DNA of 64,000 nt, from NCBI GenBank assembly GCA_045597005.1, contig JAZODJ010000012.1:18919-82918 (forward strand), given 5' to 3'. The DNA is from Alphaproteobacteria bacterium (lineage in GTDB: Bacteria; Pseudomonadota; Alphaproteobacteria; RF32; CAG-239). This document shows, in pieces, positions 62,685-64,000 of the stretch. Numbering within the stretch: position 1 is the stretch's first letter; every line of letters starts with the position of its first letter. A model generated the notes under the pieces. It saw only the letters and a program-made list of their open reading frames with translations, was not told where the DNA came from and did not search any database. Both the position numbers and the translations under genes were made by a program.

Positions 62685-63221
62685 ATGATTAACCGAAAAA
62701 TAGTTTCTTCCTTAGATATAACAAACTGGTTTTTCAAAAAAGCAGAAACCCAATCTTTACGCTTGAGCGAAAACAAAATTCAGCATTTGCTTTTTTTAAG
62801 CCAGATGCACTTTGTATTAAAAAACGGTTGTTTGTTGTCTCCCACACTTTTTGTTTGTGATAATAACGGTTTTTTTGATCCGACTATCCGCTCGATACTA
62901 AGCTTCGGACTGCCTCTTATGTCTAAGCCTCGTTTGTCATCTGCCACCGACGATTTTTTGGAGCTGATTTGGCAAAAATACGGCAACCAAACCGACTTTG
63001 AATTACAAAACTTTGTCACATCACTTAAATGCTACAAACAAAATTGCAACATTAACAACGAAACTATTATAAACCCCATGAATTTTGTTGATTCTTTTGC
63101 CTCTTCGCTTAATATCAACACCAAATTCTCATCCCCTGCCAAAACCAAGATTTTGATGTCGCAAAACGGACCTGTCAGGGTATCAACATGGGATCCGCGC
63201 AAATTAAAACAAGGAGAATAA
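62685..63221 (+). CDS. Panacea/SocA (DUF4065)-like protein, degenerate
   Basis: LDI.NWF ... L...KIQ.LLF..Q ... F.....G ... L..IW.KYG......L pattern. Confidence 0.6.
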   Translation: MINRKIVSSLDITNWFFKKAETQSLRLSENKIQHLLFLSQMHFVLKNGCLLSPTLFVCDNNGFFDPTIRSILSFGLPLMSKPRLSSATDDFLELIWQKYGNQTDFELQNFVTSLKCYKQNCNINNETIINPMNFVDSFASSLNINTKFSSPAKTKILMSQNGPVRVSTWDPRKLKQGE

Positions 63222-63226
63222 CAACT

Positions 63227-63916
63227 ATGCCTAAAATCATACCAATTTCTTTGGCTGCACTATTTTTATTTGCCTGCTCCAAAGGCGTTGAACAAAAACC
63301 CACCACCCCTTTAACAATAATTACGTCAAACGGAGAGGTTCGCTTCAATGTAGAAGTTGCACAAACCCCCGAAGAACTAAAAACAGGCCTAATGTACCGC
63401 ACCCAAATGGCTGCCAACAATGGTATGATTTTCAGTTTTGATCCTGTACGTCCGACAGCAATGTGGATGAAAAACACCAAAATTTCGCTTGATATGCTGT
63501 TTATTGCTCCTGATGCAACCATCAGTATGATTAAAGAAAATGCTACCCCAATGTCCGAAGAACATATCATATCTCGTGACCCTGTGCGCGCCGTTATAGA
63601 ACTTAATGCCGGACAAGTAAGAAGACACGGAATCAAAATAGGTGACCGTGTCAATCACGCAATTTTGAATAATATGACCACATTATCAGATACTCCGATC
63701 ATGCCGATTGCCAAGGGACCGGCAGCTTTACCGAAAGGACCGATTGCACCTAAAGCCCCTAATGCTGCTCCTAACGCCCCGATTGTACCTAAAGGACCAA
63801 ATGCAAACCCTAACGGACCGGTTATCCCTAAAGGACCAAATGCAAACCCTAACGGACCGATTATTCCTAAAGGTCCGAATGCCCCTGTAGCATTACCGGT
63901 TCCAAGCCCGATGTAA
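63227..63916 (+). CDS. DUF192 domain lipoprotein with Pro-rich repeat tail
   Basis: lipobox LFAC; VEVA.T....GLM.R, GMIF, MWMKNT..SLDMLFI, VIELNAG; AAGGAG RBS. Confidence 0.9.
   Translation: MPKIIPISLAALFLFACSKGVEQKPTTPLTIITSNGEVRFNVEVAQTPEELKTGLMYRTQMAANNGMIFSFDPVRPTAMWMKNTKISLDMLFIAPDATISMIKENATPMSEEHIISRDPVRAVIELNAGQVRRHGIKIGDRVNHAILNNMTTLSDTPIMPIAKGPAALPKGPIAPKAPNAAPNAPIVPKGPNANPNGPVIPKGPNANPNGPIIPKGPNAPVALPVPSPM
63780..63884 (+). repeat. coding tandem repeat, 39 bp / 13 aa
   Basis: PIVPKGPNANPNG-PVIPKGPNANPNG-PIIPKGPNA. Confidence 0.9.
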
Positions 63917-63927
63917 AAAAAAACAAA

Positions 63928-64000
63928 TTATTTTGGCAACAAATCGCCCATAATGACAAAGTAGGCGCAGTTATAACAGCATATGTAACCTAACAATAAA
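63928..64000 (-). CDS. probable 3' end of a gene entering from outside the window
   Basis: open frame ...LLLGYICCYNCAYFVIMGDLLPK* reaching the window edge. Confidence 0.35.
   Translation of the reverse strand, partial: LLLGYICCYNCAYFVIMGDLLPK

Overview
AT-rich bacterial chromosome segment, standard genetic code, gene-dense and mostly housekeeping. Gene order and sequences point to an Alphaproteobacterium (priA-atpHAGDC, dgt-SPOR-nagZ, a sigma54-driven flgFGAH operon, flaF, alpha-type tRNA-Met). The anaerobe-type content (hydE, pfkA, nagAB, arginine decarboxylase) suggests a host- or gut-associated Rhodospirillales/RF32-like lineage; this is inference. I see about 55 CDS, including rpmG and a small membrane ORF missed by the ORF track, two convergent tRNAs, and no CRISPR, prophage or rRNA. 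Main observations: (1) a ~200-nt multi-hairpin RNA between flgH and flaF with three UCCCC loops, two of them exactly complementary (14 and 11 nt) to the flgF leader and RBS of the same operon; (2) both tRNAs carry tRNA-specific tandem units containing an antisense copy of their own 3' end; (3) several apparently xenologous modules: Chlamydia-type aaxBC, a Bacteroides Mpi-like DNA invertase, Bacillus-type motAB, and a Cys-motif two-gene pair; (4) a tandem double-domain FlaF; (5) RPE/REP-like palindromes and a decayed ~27-bp array near rpsU. All family assignments come from motif recognition and memory; no searches were run.
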